Source: Escherichia coli
Lineage (GTDB): Bacteria > Pseudomonadota > Gammaproteobacteria > Enterobacterales > Enterobacteriaceae
Assembly: GCF_003334315.1 (NCBI RefSeq)
Contig: NZ_QOWR01000051.1
DNA: 33,719 bases
Strand: one strand, 5' to 3'
Under the pieces are notes generated by a model. It did no database searches and was not told where the DNA came from. It worked only from the letters and a program-made list of their open reading frames with translations. Numbering within the stretch: position 1 is the first letter of the stretch; every line of letters begins with the position of its first letter. The position numbers and the translations under genes were made by a program. Of this stretch, positions 23,371 to 33,719 are shown piece after piece.

Positions 23371-24152
23371 ACTTTATCCTTGCTCTGCGGTTTGCGCGCG
23401 GTGACATGAATATAACGCCCCAGGGTAATATACGGTTCCTGACGGCAATAACGCGTTTCTAATTCAAGTAATGCTTCATAGCAGTCGCGCTGCTGGTGTT
23501 TCTCGCGCAGATAATCATGAAACACGCGAACGCCTGTCTTACCCATAATTTGCCAACCAGCTTCTTCCAGCCACAGATAAACCTGCGCCGGGTCGCGTGG
23601 ATAATCTGGCGAAAGCGTCCGTTTTTTCTTTTTCGGCATTCCCGCCTGCACGTAATCAAAATTCCCGGCGACCATGTTATGCATCAACAAACCATGCGCA
23701 TTGTAGAACATTAACGACAACACGCCGCCTGGACGCAACACTGACCACAGGGTCTGCAATACGCTGCGGGGATCAGCCACCCACTCGAGCACCGCATGGA
23801 ACAATATCAGATCAACGGGCGTTTCCAAATGCGAAGCAACATCCTGAGCGGCGCAATGTATAAATTGCATGTTGTCGCTCACACCTTTTGCTTCTGCCGC
23901 CTGTTTTGCGCGGTCGATCATCTGCGCAGAAAGATCGCATAAAATGACCTGATGCCCACGCTCGGCCATTTTGATTGCGGTCTGCCCTTCTCCACCGCCA
24001 GCATCCAGCACACGCAGTTTTTGCGGGCCCATTTCCGCCAGCACGCGATCGAGATCCTGCCACAGAATAGCCTGTCGAAGCTGCCCTTTGGTGGTGCCGT
24101 AAATGTTACGGGAAAACTTTTCCGCAATATCATCAAAATTGCGATCCTGCAT
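23367..24152 (-). CDS. smtA: SAM-dependent methyltransferase SmtA/CmoM
   Basis: SAM-binding motif VLDAGGGEG; ORF track starts at 24164 (265 aa), the expected 261-aa protein starts MQDRNFDD at 24152; ATGA overlap with the mukF start. Confidence 0.88.
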
Positions 24153-24287
24153 TGCTTTCTCCACCGGTTGGCTAAGACGTTTTCTGATAAAGACGCTATT
24201 TTGTCACAGCCACGGCGAGAATGAACCCGTCTGGTGTAATATCGCTGGCGATCCCTTGCTATATGGTTAAAAAAGGAACCAGAAAGG

Positions 24288-25067
24288 ATGCTTTTTACAC
24301 TGAAAAAAGTGATTGGCAATATGTTGCTGCCACTTCCGCTGATGTTGTTGATTATTGGCGCTGGCCTGGCGCTGCTGTGGTTTAGCCGTTTTCAAAAAAC
24401 CGGGAAGATTTTTATTAGCATTGGGTGGCTGGCGCTCTTGTTATTGAGTTTGCAACCGGTAGCCGACCGCCTGCTGCGTCCCATCGAAAGCACCTATCCG
24501 ACATGGAATAATTCGCAAAAAGTGGACTATATCGTGGTGCTCGGAGGTGGTTATACCTGGAACCCGCAGTGGGCACCGAGCTCTAATTTAATCAATAACA
24601 GTCTGCCACGCCTGAATGAAGGTATTCGCTTATGGCGCGAAAATCCGGGATCAAAACTGATCTTCACGGGAGGCGTAGCAAAAACCAATACGGTGAGTAC
24701 AGCGGAAGTAGGTGCCAGAGTTGCGCAATCGCTGGGCGTGCCGCGCGAGCAAATTATCACCCTGGATTTGCCAAAAGATACCGAAGAAGAAGCTGCAGCA
24801 GTGAAACAGGCGATTGGTGACGCCCCTTTCCTGCTGGTGACCTCCGCATCACATCTGCCGCGGGCGATGATCTTTTTTCAGCAGGAAGGGTTAAATCCGC
24901 TACCAGCCCCGGCGAATCAGTTGGCCATCGACTCGCCGCTTAACCCGTGGGAACGGGCAATCCCTTCTCCGGTCTGGTTGATGCATAGCGATCGTGTTGG
25001 CTATGAAACGCTTGGCCGTATCTGGCAGTGGCTAAAAGGTTCGTCAGGCGAGCCACGGCAAGAGTGA
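24288..25067 (+). CDS. elyC: Envelope biogenesis factor ElyC (YcbC, DUF218)
   Basis: 259 aa with N-terminal transmembrane segments; matches E. coli ElyC. Confidence 0.88.
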   Translation: MLFTLKKVIGNMLLPLPLMLLIIGAGLALLWFSRFQKTGKIFISIGWLALLLLSLQPVADRLLRPIESTYPTWNNSQKVDYIVVLGGGYTWNPQWAPSSNLINNSLPRLNEGIRLWRENPGSKLIFTGGVAKTNTVSTAEVGARVAQSLGVPREQIITLDLPKDTEEEAAAVKQAIGDAPFLLVTSASHLPRAMIFFQQEGLNPLPAPANQLAIDSPLNPWERAIPSPVWLMHSDRVGYETLGRIWQWLKGSSGEPRQE

Positions 25068-25937
25068 TTTTGATGCCAGATCGAAGTTGCGCCGACTAAA
25101 TCGTCCGGTATTAACCAGTTGCGCAACTTCATCCCATAACACATACAACCAACGCCGCCAGATGAACGACTCCGCCACTGGCGCGCGTTGCAGGTAACTC
25201 CAGAGCAAATCTTCCGCCAGAGAATTATCCATTAGTCGGAACAGTTCGTATTCTCGCGGTGCCCAAAGCATTAGTCCCGGCCCGACCATCGCCAGTAACT
25301 GATCGCTGCGCGAATCTTTCAACATGCTGCGTAAACAGAAGTTACCGTGAATCAGCACACAATTGTCGTTAAAGCCTTCAAATAATGCCGGGAGACATTC
25401 GCGAGTGCGAAACAGGATCCGCTTATCCTGCATCGTCAGACCGGTGTTATTGAACTGATTGAGCGTGGTCCATAGCACTTCAACATGTTGCCGGTACCAT
25501 GAGGGCCAGAAATTTTCCTGAGTATTGTCGACCGCGCCGACGCAACCGCGACTGTCCTGACGGTGCCAGGCCAGTAAGGCTTCAACGATTTGGTCTTTGA
25601 GTTGTTCCCAGCGTTCTGGTGTTCGGGCTGGTGCCTCCACCGAAACACCACGCATCCGCTCCAGTAGCAGGACATCGGGGCCGGGGTGTTCTTCATGCGT
25701 CATCACACCATAAATAGTCGGCATACGGACAGTCCCACTTCTTGCCAGCATGGTGGTTTTCCATGCCAGTTGTCGGGCTTTTCCGGGCGTACTAAAGCTT
25801 CTTGCCATTAACGGCATTGGGTTTCCCTGGCTGTCATACAAAGCCCACAACGCCGTATCCGCTTTTTCATTGACGCACTCAATACGACTGAGTTTTTCGC
25901 CCAGTAAATGGCTTAATTCGGCACGCAGCTGTTCCAT
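25044..25937 (-). CDS. ycbJ: Uncharacterised protein YcbJ (kinase-like fold)
   Basis: 297 aa starting MEQLRAELSHLLGEKLSRIE; 3' end overlaps the elyC 3' end by 24 bp in convergent orientation. Confidence 0.85.
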   Translation of the reverse strand: MEQLRAELSHLLGEKLSRIECVNEKADTALWALYDSQGNPMPLMARSFSTPGKARQLAWKTTMLARSGTVRMPTIYGVMTHEEHPGPDVLLLERMRGVSVEAPARTPERWEQLKDQIVEALLAWHRQDSRGCVGAVDNTQENFWPSWYRQHVEVLWTTLNQFNNTGLTMQDKRILFRTRECLPALFEGFNDNCVLIHGNFCLRSMLKDSRSDQLLAMVGPGLMLWAPREYELFRLMDNSLAEDLLWSYLQRAPVAESFIWRRWLYVLWDEVAQLVNTGRFSRRNFDLASKSLLPWLA

Positions 25938-26090
25938 TCAGATTACCCTCATAAAAGCTACTGCTTTCATAATGAGCGCCAATATAAAAGATGTCACCTG
26001 AATGAGATCAATTGTTGAAAAGAAAAATTGAGGAAAATCGTAACGGTACGACACTCCTCCCAAAATTGGCTGAAGTGTCGTGAAGTGAAA

Positions 26091-27016
<926 letters not shown>

Positions 27017-27067
27017 AGTTCCTCCAGATGGATCGGGTTATGAATGCATAAATCTTATCATAATCAT

Positions 27068-28300
27068 TTATGCGACGGGGTCTATTTCCCAGCCGGTGAG
27101 GCAATCAGTAAAGAGGCCTTGCGGGCAGCATCCTAATGTCACCCGCGTTGCCTGCTGCCAGTTAGCGAAATCAGTAATCGCCTGACGTAGCCCTTTTTGC
27201 AGCGTTGTCGTTGGTTTAATACCTTCCTGTAACCACAGAGAGATAACTTCAAGGATGCCTGTCTGGCGATGCATTTTGGCATCCATTCGCCCAACTAATT
27301 GCCCACGATGTAATAACGGCAGAACAAAATAGCCATACTGGCGTTTCGGCGCTGGGGTATAGCACTCCAGCCGGTAGCTAAAATCAAAAAGCTGCTCTGC
27401 GCGTTTGCGATCCCAGACAACAGGATCAAAAGGCGAAAGTACCGCGCTGTGCGTTGCAGTGAGCTTTCCGGCCAGCGCTCGCTCGAGTAGCGGCAGCAAA
27501 TCATCATGCAGCCAAAGATTGCCCAATTTTTCAACATGCACAGCAATGATTTGCTGCTGTTCAGCCCTCGCTTCGCGCCACGCCGCCAGTGCCGGACGTT
27601 TCAGCCGATAGTAATCTGCCAGCCACTGTTCGCGGAATATTCCCAGGCTACGCGCACTGTTATCCAGCATGATGATTTCTGCTTCTGTTTGCGAAACGAG
27701 ATCGCGCTCATCATCCCAGTCAGGCATGACACGGTGGGTTAAATCATAAACGCGCTGGAAGTTGCGCCGTTCAATCACCATCACCTTTCCGGCAGTAAAT
27801 AAACCTTCCAGATGCCGTTTATGCGGCTTCCATTCCCACCAGCCGCTTGCACCTTTACGAGGATGCTCAAAATCGGCTGAACGTACCGGCCCCTTATCAT
27901 GAATATGCTGAATTAACTGTGCAATTTCCGCCTCATGTTCCTGCATCCAGGCGTCTTTGTATTTCCAGCCCATTTTTTCAGGTGCCAGCATGCGGTGGCG
28001 AATAAGACGAAAGTCGCTACGCGGCATAAAGCAGGCTTCATGCGCCCAGTATTCCATTAATTCGCCACGCGCCAGAGACTCATCCAGCCACTGGGCAGGA
28101 TAATTTCCCAGACGACTGAAAAGCACCAGATATGGACTACGGGCAACAATATTGATGGTATCGATTTGCAGCAAGGACATGCGGGAGATCGTTGCCGGAA
28201 TATCCTCCAACGACGCTCGACGGCGGGGTTTGTTTAACAGGCCTTGTGCGGCAAGGTGAAGATTACGCGCATCAGCAAGGGAGAGGTGCGGCAGCGACAT
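27068..28300 (-). CDS. ycaQ: Winged-helix protein YcaQ (AlkZ-like putative DNA glycosylase)
   Basis: 410-aa ORF; sequence and length match E. coli YcaQ from memory. Confidence 0.85.
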   Translation of the reverse strand: MSLPHLSLADARNLHLAAQGLLNKPRRRASLEDIPATISRMSLLQIDTINIVARSPYLVLFSRLGNYPAQWLDESLARGELMEYWAHEACFMPRSDFRLIRHRMLAPEKMGWKYKDAWMQEHEAEIAQLIQHIHDKGPVRSADFEHPRKGASGWWEWKPHKRHLEGLFTAGKVMVIERRNFQRVYDLTHRVMPDWDDERDLVSQTEAEIIMLDNSARSLGIFREQWLADYYRLKRPALAAWREARAEQQQIIAVHVEKLGNLWLHDDLLPLLERALAGKLTATHSAVLSPFDPVVWDRKRAEQLFDFSYRLECYTPAPKRQYGYFVLPLLHRGQLVGRMDAKMHRQTGILEVISLWLQEGIKPTTTLQKGLRQAITDFANWQQATRVTLGCCPQGLFTDCLTGWEIDPVA

Positions 28301-28336
28301 TCATGACTCCATCAATCGAACGCTGCCGCGGCGTAA

Positions 28337-29323
28337 CTAGTTGCCAGAAGCCAGCAAGGTTAGTTGCGTAAGCAGTTTCGCTGGTTCATCACCTGAAAGC
28401 TGTGCGTCTACAGGCAAATACCACCAATTTTCTTCTGCAAAGGCCCGGCATTTCACCGCATCTTTTTCAGTCATTACCAGCGTTTGCCCGGCGCTTACCA
28501 ACGCACTGACATCCGCATGGTTCAAAGACTGATGATCGGCCAGCGGTACACATTTTTCCGGTTGTACGCCACACATCTTCAGCGTGGCAAAAAAGCGCGG
28601 CGGATGCCCAATCCCCGCCATCGCCACTACATGTTCAAGCTGAGCAACGTCACAACGCGTACCGGTACGTAAATTCACCGCCTGACCCGGCAGCAGATGC
28701 ATGGGGATTTCACCGCTGCGAGGGACACCGCCGTTGACGATTACCGCATCAACCGACTTTAAGCGCCCCGCTCGCTCACGCATTGGCCCCGCCGGCAACC
28801 ACCAGCCATTGCCAAAGCGACGCACACCATCAATAACGACAATTTCCACATCACGCGCCAGACGGTAATGCTGTAAACCGTCGTCGGTTACGATGATCTG
28901 CACATCAGGGTGTTGCGCCAGAATGGCTTTTACCGCATCAGAACGAACGGGAGAAACCGCAACAGGCGCATCAGTGCGTTGATAAATCAACACAGGTTCA
29001 TCACCCGCCTGTGCTGTTGTGGTATCTGCCGACAATAACAGCGGATAAGATTCAGCCTTACCACCATATCCCCGCGATACGACCCCCACGCGAATACCGC
29101 GCTGTTGCAACTGTTCCACCAGCCAGACAACGACCGGGGTTTTTCCGTTGCCGCCTGCGGTGAGATTACCAACCACGACAACCGGTACGGGGGCACGCCA
29201 GGCGCGCTTCAGTTTTAGTTTATAGCAAAGACGGATCGCGCCACTCACCAGGCCATACAACCAGGAGAGTGGCAGCAATAGCCGCCACAAAGGGGATTCA
29301 CCAGACCAGATTTTTTCGATCAT
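28337..29323 (-). CDS. lpxK: Tetraacyldisaccharide 4'-kinase (lipid A biosynthesis)
   Basis: 328 aa with P-loop [12 protein letters not shown]; ATGA overlap with the msbA stop. Confidence 0.94.
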   Translation of the reverse strand: MIEKIWSGESPLWRLLLPLSWLYGLVSGAIRLCYKLKLKRAWRAPVPVVVVGNLTAGGNGKTPVVVWLVEQLQQRGIRVGVVSRGYGGKAESYPLLLSADTTTAQAGDEPVLIYQRTDAPVAVSPVRSDAVKAILAQHPDVQIIVTDDGLQHYRLARDVEIVVIDGVRRFGNGWWLPAGPMRERAGRLKSVDAVIVNGGVPRSGEIPMHLLPGQAVNLRTGTRCDVAQLEHVVAMAGIGHPPRFFATLKMCGVQPEKCVPLADHQSLNHADVSALVSAGQTLVMTEKDAVKCRAFAEENWWYLPVDAQLSGDEPAKLLTQLTLLASGN

Positions 29324-31068
29324 TGGCCAAACTGCATTTTGTGAAGTTGCGCGTAAACGCCGCGGTGCTCAAGCAAATCGTTATGCGTACCGCGTTCCAC
29401 AATGACACCATCCTCGACGACCACGATTTCGTCTGCCTTTTCAATGGTAGACAAGCGGTGGGCAATCACCAGAGAGGTACGGTTTTTCTGCAACTCATCC
29501 AGTGCCGCCTGAATCGCACGTTCGGATTCGGTATCCAGAGCCGAGGTAGCTTCGTCCAGAATCAGAATCGGGCTATCACGCAACAAGGCTCGAGCGATAG
29601 CAATACGCTGACGCTGACCGCCAGAGAGCAGCACGCCGTTTTCACCAATCACTGTATCGAGACCGTTATCCATCTTATTGATGAAGTCCATGGCGTAGGC
29701 CATACGCGCCGCTTCTTCAATTTGCTCACGGCTGTACTGTTCAGTCCGTGCGTAAGCAATGTTGTTAGCAACCGTATCGTTAAACAGATGGACATTCTGC
29801 GACACCAGAGCAACCTGGTTACGTAACGACGCCAGGGTATACTCGCGCAGATCGTGACCATCCATCAGGATTTCGCCTTCATCAATATCGTAAAAACGCG
29901 TGATCAGGCTGGCGATGGTTGATTTACCCGAACCAGAGCGTCCAACCAGAGCAACCGTCTTCCCTGCCGGAATTTTCAGGTTGATGTTACGCAATGCAGG
30001 TACGTCACGTCCCGGATAAGTAAAGGTGACATTGCGGAATTCCACGTCGCCAGTCGCACGCTCGATCACGCGCTTACCTTCATCTTTCTCCTGCTCACTG
30101 TCCAGAATGGTAAACAGCGTCTGACAAGCCGCCATACCGCGCTGGAACTGGGCGTTAACGTTGGTCAGCGATTTCAGCGGACGCATCAGTGCAATCATTG
30201 AAGAGAAAACAACGGTAATCGTACCGGCAGTCAGGCTATCCATGACACTTGGGAAGCTCGCCGCATACAGAACAAACGCCAGCGCCAAAGAGGCGATCAG
30301 CTGAATGATCGGATCAGAGATGGAAGAGGCTGAAACCATTTTCATCCCCTGAAGACGCATTCGGTTGCTGACTTTATCAAAGCGTTTCGTTTCCACTTCC
30401 TGACCACCGAAAATCAATACTTCTTTGTGGCCCTTCAGCATTTGTTCTGCGCTGGTGGTCACCTGCCCCATGGTGTTCTGCATGTTTTTACTGATGTTGC
30501 GAAAACGCTTCGATACAACGCGAATCGCAATCGAAACAATCGGTGCCAGCACAATCAAAATGATCGACAGTTGCCAACTGTAATAGAACATCATGATGAA
30601 CAGGCCGATGATCGACGCACCTTCACGCACAACAGTAATCAGTGCGCCGGAAGAAGAAGAAGCAACCTGTTCGGAATCGTAGGTAATACGTGACAACAGC
30701 GTACCCGTTGACTGTTTGTCAAAGAATGAAACTGGCATTCCCATCATGTGACCAAACAGGCGGCGACGCATGGTCATTACCACCTTTCCTGATACCCAGG
30801 AGATACAGTAGCTGGAGACATAGCTGGTGATACCACGTAAAATCATCAGCCCGATCACCACCAGCGGCATCCACACCAGCACGGAGCGATCTGTTTTACC
30901 AAAGCCATCATCAAGAAGTGGCTTAAGGAGCGATAACATGAAGGTATCGCTGGCTGCGTTGAGGATTAACGCTACGCCCGCCACGATCAGACCCGCTTTG
31001 AAAGGCGCAATGGTTGGCCACAGTCGGCGGAATGTCTGCCACGTAGAGAGATCTTTGTCGTTATGCAT
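29320..31068 (-). CDS. msbA: Lipid A/LPS flippase ABC transporter MsbA
   Basis: 582 aa with N-terminal transmembrane domain, Walker [10 protein letters not shown], signature LSGGQRQR and Walker [10 protein letters not shown]. Confidence 0.96.
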   Translation of the reverse strand: MHNDKDLSTWQTFRRLWPTIAPFKAGLIVAGVALILNAASDTFMLSLLKPLLDDGFGKTDRSVLVWMPLVVIGLMILRGITSYVSSYCISWVSGKVVMTMRRRLFGHMMGMPVSFFDKQSTGTLLSRITYDSEQVASSSSGALITVVREGASIIGLFIMMFYYSWQLSIILIVLAPIVSIAIRVVSKRFRNISKNMQNTMGQVTTSAEQMLKGHKEVLIFGGQEVETKRFDKVSNRMRLQGMKMVSASSISDPIIQLIASLALAFVLYAASFPSVMDSLTAGTITVVFSSMIALMRPLKSLTNVNAQFQRGMAACQTLFTILDSEQEKDEGKRVIERATGDVEFRNVTFTYPGRDVPALRNINLKIPAGKTVALVGRSGSGKSTIASLITRFYDIDEGEILMDGHDLREYTLASLRNQVALVSQNVHLFNDTVANNIAYARTEQYSREQIEEAARMAYAMDFINKMDNGLDTVIGENGVLLSGGQRQRIAIARALLRDSPILILDEATSALDTESERAIQAALDELQKNRTSLVIAHRLSTIEKADEIVVVEDGVIVERGTHNDLLEHRGVYAQLHKMQFGQ

Positions 31069-31104
31069 TCAAAAAACCAGCATTTGTTGAAATAGCCGCA
31101 TATT

Positions 31105-33266
31105 CTACCCGTTATCCACTGGCACGCCAAACCACTGATGATACCAACGAGGTAAAATTTGCTCCCTGAGGCTGCTAATCCGCCAGCCTTGCGCTGAAAA
31201 ATTGACCGTTGTTTGACCTTGATGTGGAGTATCAATCCATTGATATCCTTGCAGTTGATAGCGATGCTTAACTTTGTTAGAGGGCAGTCGCCATGCGTTA
31301 TAGCGCGATGCCGATGCGAGTGCCACTTTTCCATTCACTCGCTGAATTAATGGCAACGATGATGAGGTATTACTGCCATGGTGAGGTACCTGAAGCAATG
31401 TTGCCTGCACTTGCTGCCAGTAACGGCTTAGCATCTTTTGTTCAGCTGGGGCTTCAATATCACCGGTTAGAAGAATGCTATTCGTCCCGTCATCAACCTT
31501 AACCACACAGGAATGGTTATTTCCTTTATCGTTGCTACCTTGTAAAGGCCAGTGCGCGCTGAAACGCAATCCTTGCCATTGCCACGCTTCGCCACGCACA
31601 CAGGGCTGATGATGTTCCCAGTTTAACGGACTTCTGATCCATAACATCGGCCATATATGCAATATTGAATCCAGCCCTCCCCGGTGATCCAGATGTTCAT
31701 GGCTCAGAATAACGCCTTCCGGTTCAAGATTATGCCAGTGGAGCCAGGGGATAATCAGTTGTTGCCCACTATCCCCTTCAGGCCAGGCCAGTCCTGTGTC
31801 ATAGAGAATCGCTTTGCCGTTTCTGGCTATCACCATTGCCAGCCCTTGCCCGACATCAAGCATGTACAGCTGCCACTCGTCAGGTCGAGGTTTTTGCCAC
31901 AGCGGCCAGCACATCAGCAAGCCTCCAGCCACACACATTGCTGGCAACGTTCGCCAGGCGTTTAATCGCCATACCACCAGTAAGAACCATGGGGAAAATG
32001 ATAGCCATTGCCAACATTCAGCAATGTTGATCCACCCTTCCGGCAAACTCTTTAACCCCCAGAAAAGTAAAGCCAAAGACCGGTCGGCAAGAAACCATAA
32101 CCCTTGCTCCAGGATTAACGGCCCGCTTAAATGCACAACCATCGCGGCGAGGATCAACGGAACCGTGATAAATGTCACCAAGGGAATTGCTAATAGATTT
32201 GCAATAAACGAGGTCAGACTAATGCCATGAAATATGACGATTTGCACGGGCATAAGCAGAAGTGTGATTCCCAGTTGCAGATGGATGAGGGAAACAACTG
32301 CACGCAATACCGGCGGCAGTTGCCACTCAGGACAGGGAAACCACTGATACCAAAATATCAATGCCGCGACCGCAGCGGCAGAGAGCCATAAACTTTGCGA
32401 GAGAATGGCAACAGGATCCATCAGCAAAATTGCCGCCAGACAACATATCCATACATCCCAGCCACTCCACTGTCGCCCACTTAACTTAAGCATTCCCCAC
32501 GTAGCAAGCGCCACCATGGTACGCAATGCAGGAGGTTGCATTCCCGTCAACCAGGCATAAAAAGCAGCACAGCAGATTCCGCCAATTAATGGTATTTGCC
32601 AGTGGATCCAGCGCCCAGGCAGAAAAATTTGTCCACTGCGAATGAGTCCGGCAGCCAGCAACGCCGCAAAAGCGATGTGCAATCCCGATATCGCCATTAA
32701 ATGCGCCGTTCCAGTATCGCGCATGATATTTTTGATTTCTTTGGGGACGGATAACCGTTCCCCCATACCTAAACCAAGAATAACCGCATTCCACGGATAG
32801 GGTTGCAGCGTTGTTTGTAGTGACGCCAGATACTGTGCACGCAGGCTACAATTCGGTTCAATGACACTTGCCTGCAGAAAACGGCCGGTGAGCGGCTGAT
32901 GCTGGGCAATGGCATAACGCTGGCTATCAAAGCCGCCATCATTAAGTTGGCCATGAACTGCACGAACTTTGAGTTTCATTGACCATTGTTGTCCAGCACA
33001 AACCGCTTGCGGAAGATATTCGCCATACATCACGAGACCTGACGCAGGGAATATACGTCGACCTTGTAGATGAGTAATTTGACCGTAATGAGTGGTCATG
33101 CCGTCAGTTGCAGTGATCTCAACAATTGCATCCTGCGTCGCGCCAGTTAAGGTTTCTCCTGCCCACAAAATTTGCTTTGCTGATAATATGCCCCAAACGA
33201 AAAACAGCAACGTCAGCGCGATATAACGGACGGTTTTAACAGGGATAAATGCCAGTACGCAGGCGA
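31105..33266 (-). pseudogene. ycaI: ComEC/Rec2-family inner-membrane protein YcaI, 5'-truncated by IS1
   Basis: The 701-aa ORF begins at a TTG at 33210, but the frame stays open upstream through 33266 (...LACVLAFIPVKTVRYIALT-LLFFVWGILS...) and runs into the IS1 inverted repeat at 33267 with no start codon. K-12 YcaI is about 754 aa, so roughly 30-35 N-terminal codons are missing. Confidence 0.8.
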
Positions 33267-33719
33267 GGTAATGACTCCAACTTATTGATAGTGTTTTATG
33301 TTCAGATAATGCCCGATGACTTTGTCATGCAGCTCCACCGATTTTGAGAACGACAGCGACTTCCGTCCCAGCCGTGCCAGGTGCTGCCTCAGATTCAGGT
33401 TATGCCGCTCAATTCGCTGCGTATATCGCTTGCTGATTACGTGCAGCTTTCCCTTCAGGCGGGATTCATACAGCGGCCAGCCATCCGTCATCCATATCAC
33501 CACGTCAAAGGGTGACAGCAGGCTCATAAGACGCCCCAGCGTCGCCATAGTGCGTTCACCGAATACGTGCGCAACAACCGTCTTCCGGAGACTGTCATAC
33601 GCGTAAAACAGCCAGCGCTGGCGCGATTTAGCCCCGACATAGCCCCACTGTTCGTCCATTTCCGCGCAGACGATGACGTCACTGCCCGGCTGTATGCGCG
33701 AGGTTACCGACTGCGGCCT
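33267..33719 (-). mobile_element. IS1 insertion sequence, partial (insB-proximal end; continues right of the window)
   Basis: Terminal inverted repeat ggtaatgactccaacttattgat at 33267-33289, followed by the InsB reading frame on the minus strand; inverted relative to the left-edge copy. Confidence 0.92.
33282..33719 (-). CDS. insB: IS1 transposase InsB (N-terminus and insA outside window)
   Basis: Minus-strand frame reads ...[31 protein letters not shown]...[21 protein letters not shown], open to the window edge; the ORF track reports only the part after the internal Met (33282-33659). Confidence 0.9.
   Translation of the reverse strand, partial: RPQSVTSRIQPGSDVIVCAEMDEQWGYVGAKSRQRWLFYAYDSLRKTVVAHVFGERTMATLGRLMSLLSPFDVVIWMTDGWPLYESRLKGKLHVISKRYTQRIERHNLNLRQHLARLGRKSLSFSKSVELHDKVIGHYLNIKHYQ

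Noticed and set aside
22525-23409. 294-aa plus-strand ORF antisense to mukF
   Set aside because: Entirely within the mukF coding region on the opposite strand; no independent start context or recognisable protein features.

Overview
The window reads as a contiguous block of enterobacterial core chromosome that I recognise as the Escherichia coli K-12 region from ycaI to ssuE, in reverse-complement orientation relative to the usual K-12 map. Gene calls rest on recognising the translated products and their expected lengths from memory; no database search was run. Gene order left to right: ssuEADCB (+), pepN (-), pncB, asnS, ompF, aspC (+), ycbL, ycbK/mepK, ldtD, mukB, mukE, mukF, smtA/cmoM (-), elyC (+), ycbJ, kdsB, ycaR, ycaQ, lpxK, msbA, ycaI (-). 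All genes have the expected full length except ycaI. The one non-core feature is a pair of partial IS1 copies at the two window edges, in inverted orientation with their insB-proximal ends facing inward: one ends 80 bp upstream of ssuE, the other cuts off the 5' end of ycaI. I found no CRISPR array, tRNA, rRNA, prophage or novel gene cluster. The long antisense ORFs in the six-frame track are not supported as genes. The findings are the IS1 bracket and its consequences, plus regulatory and repeat architecture in the intergenic regions.
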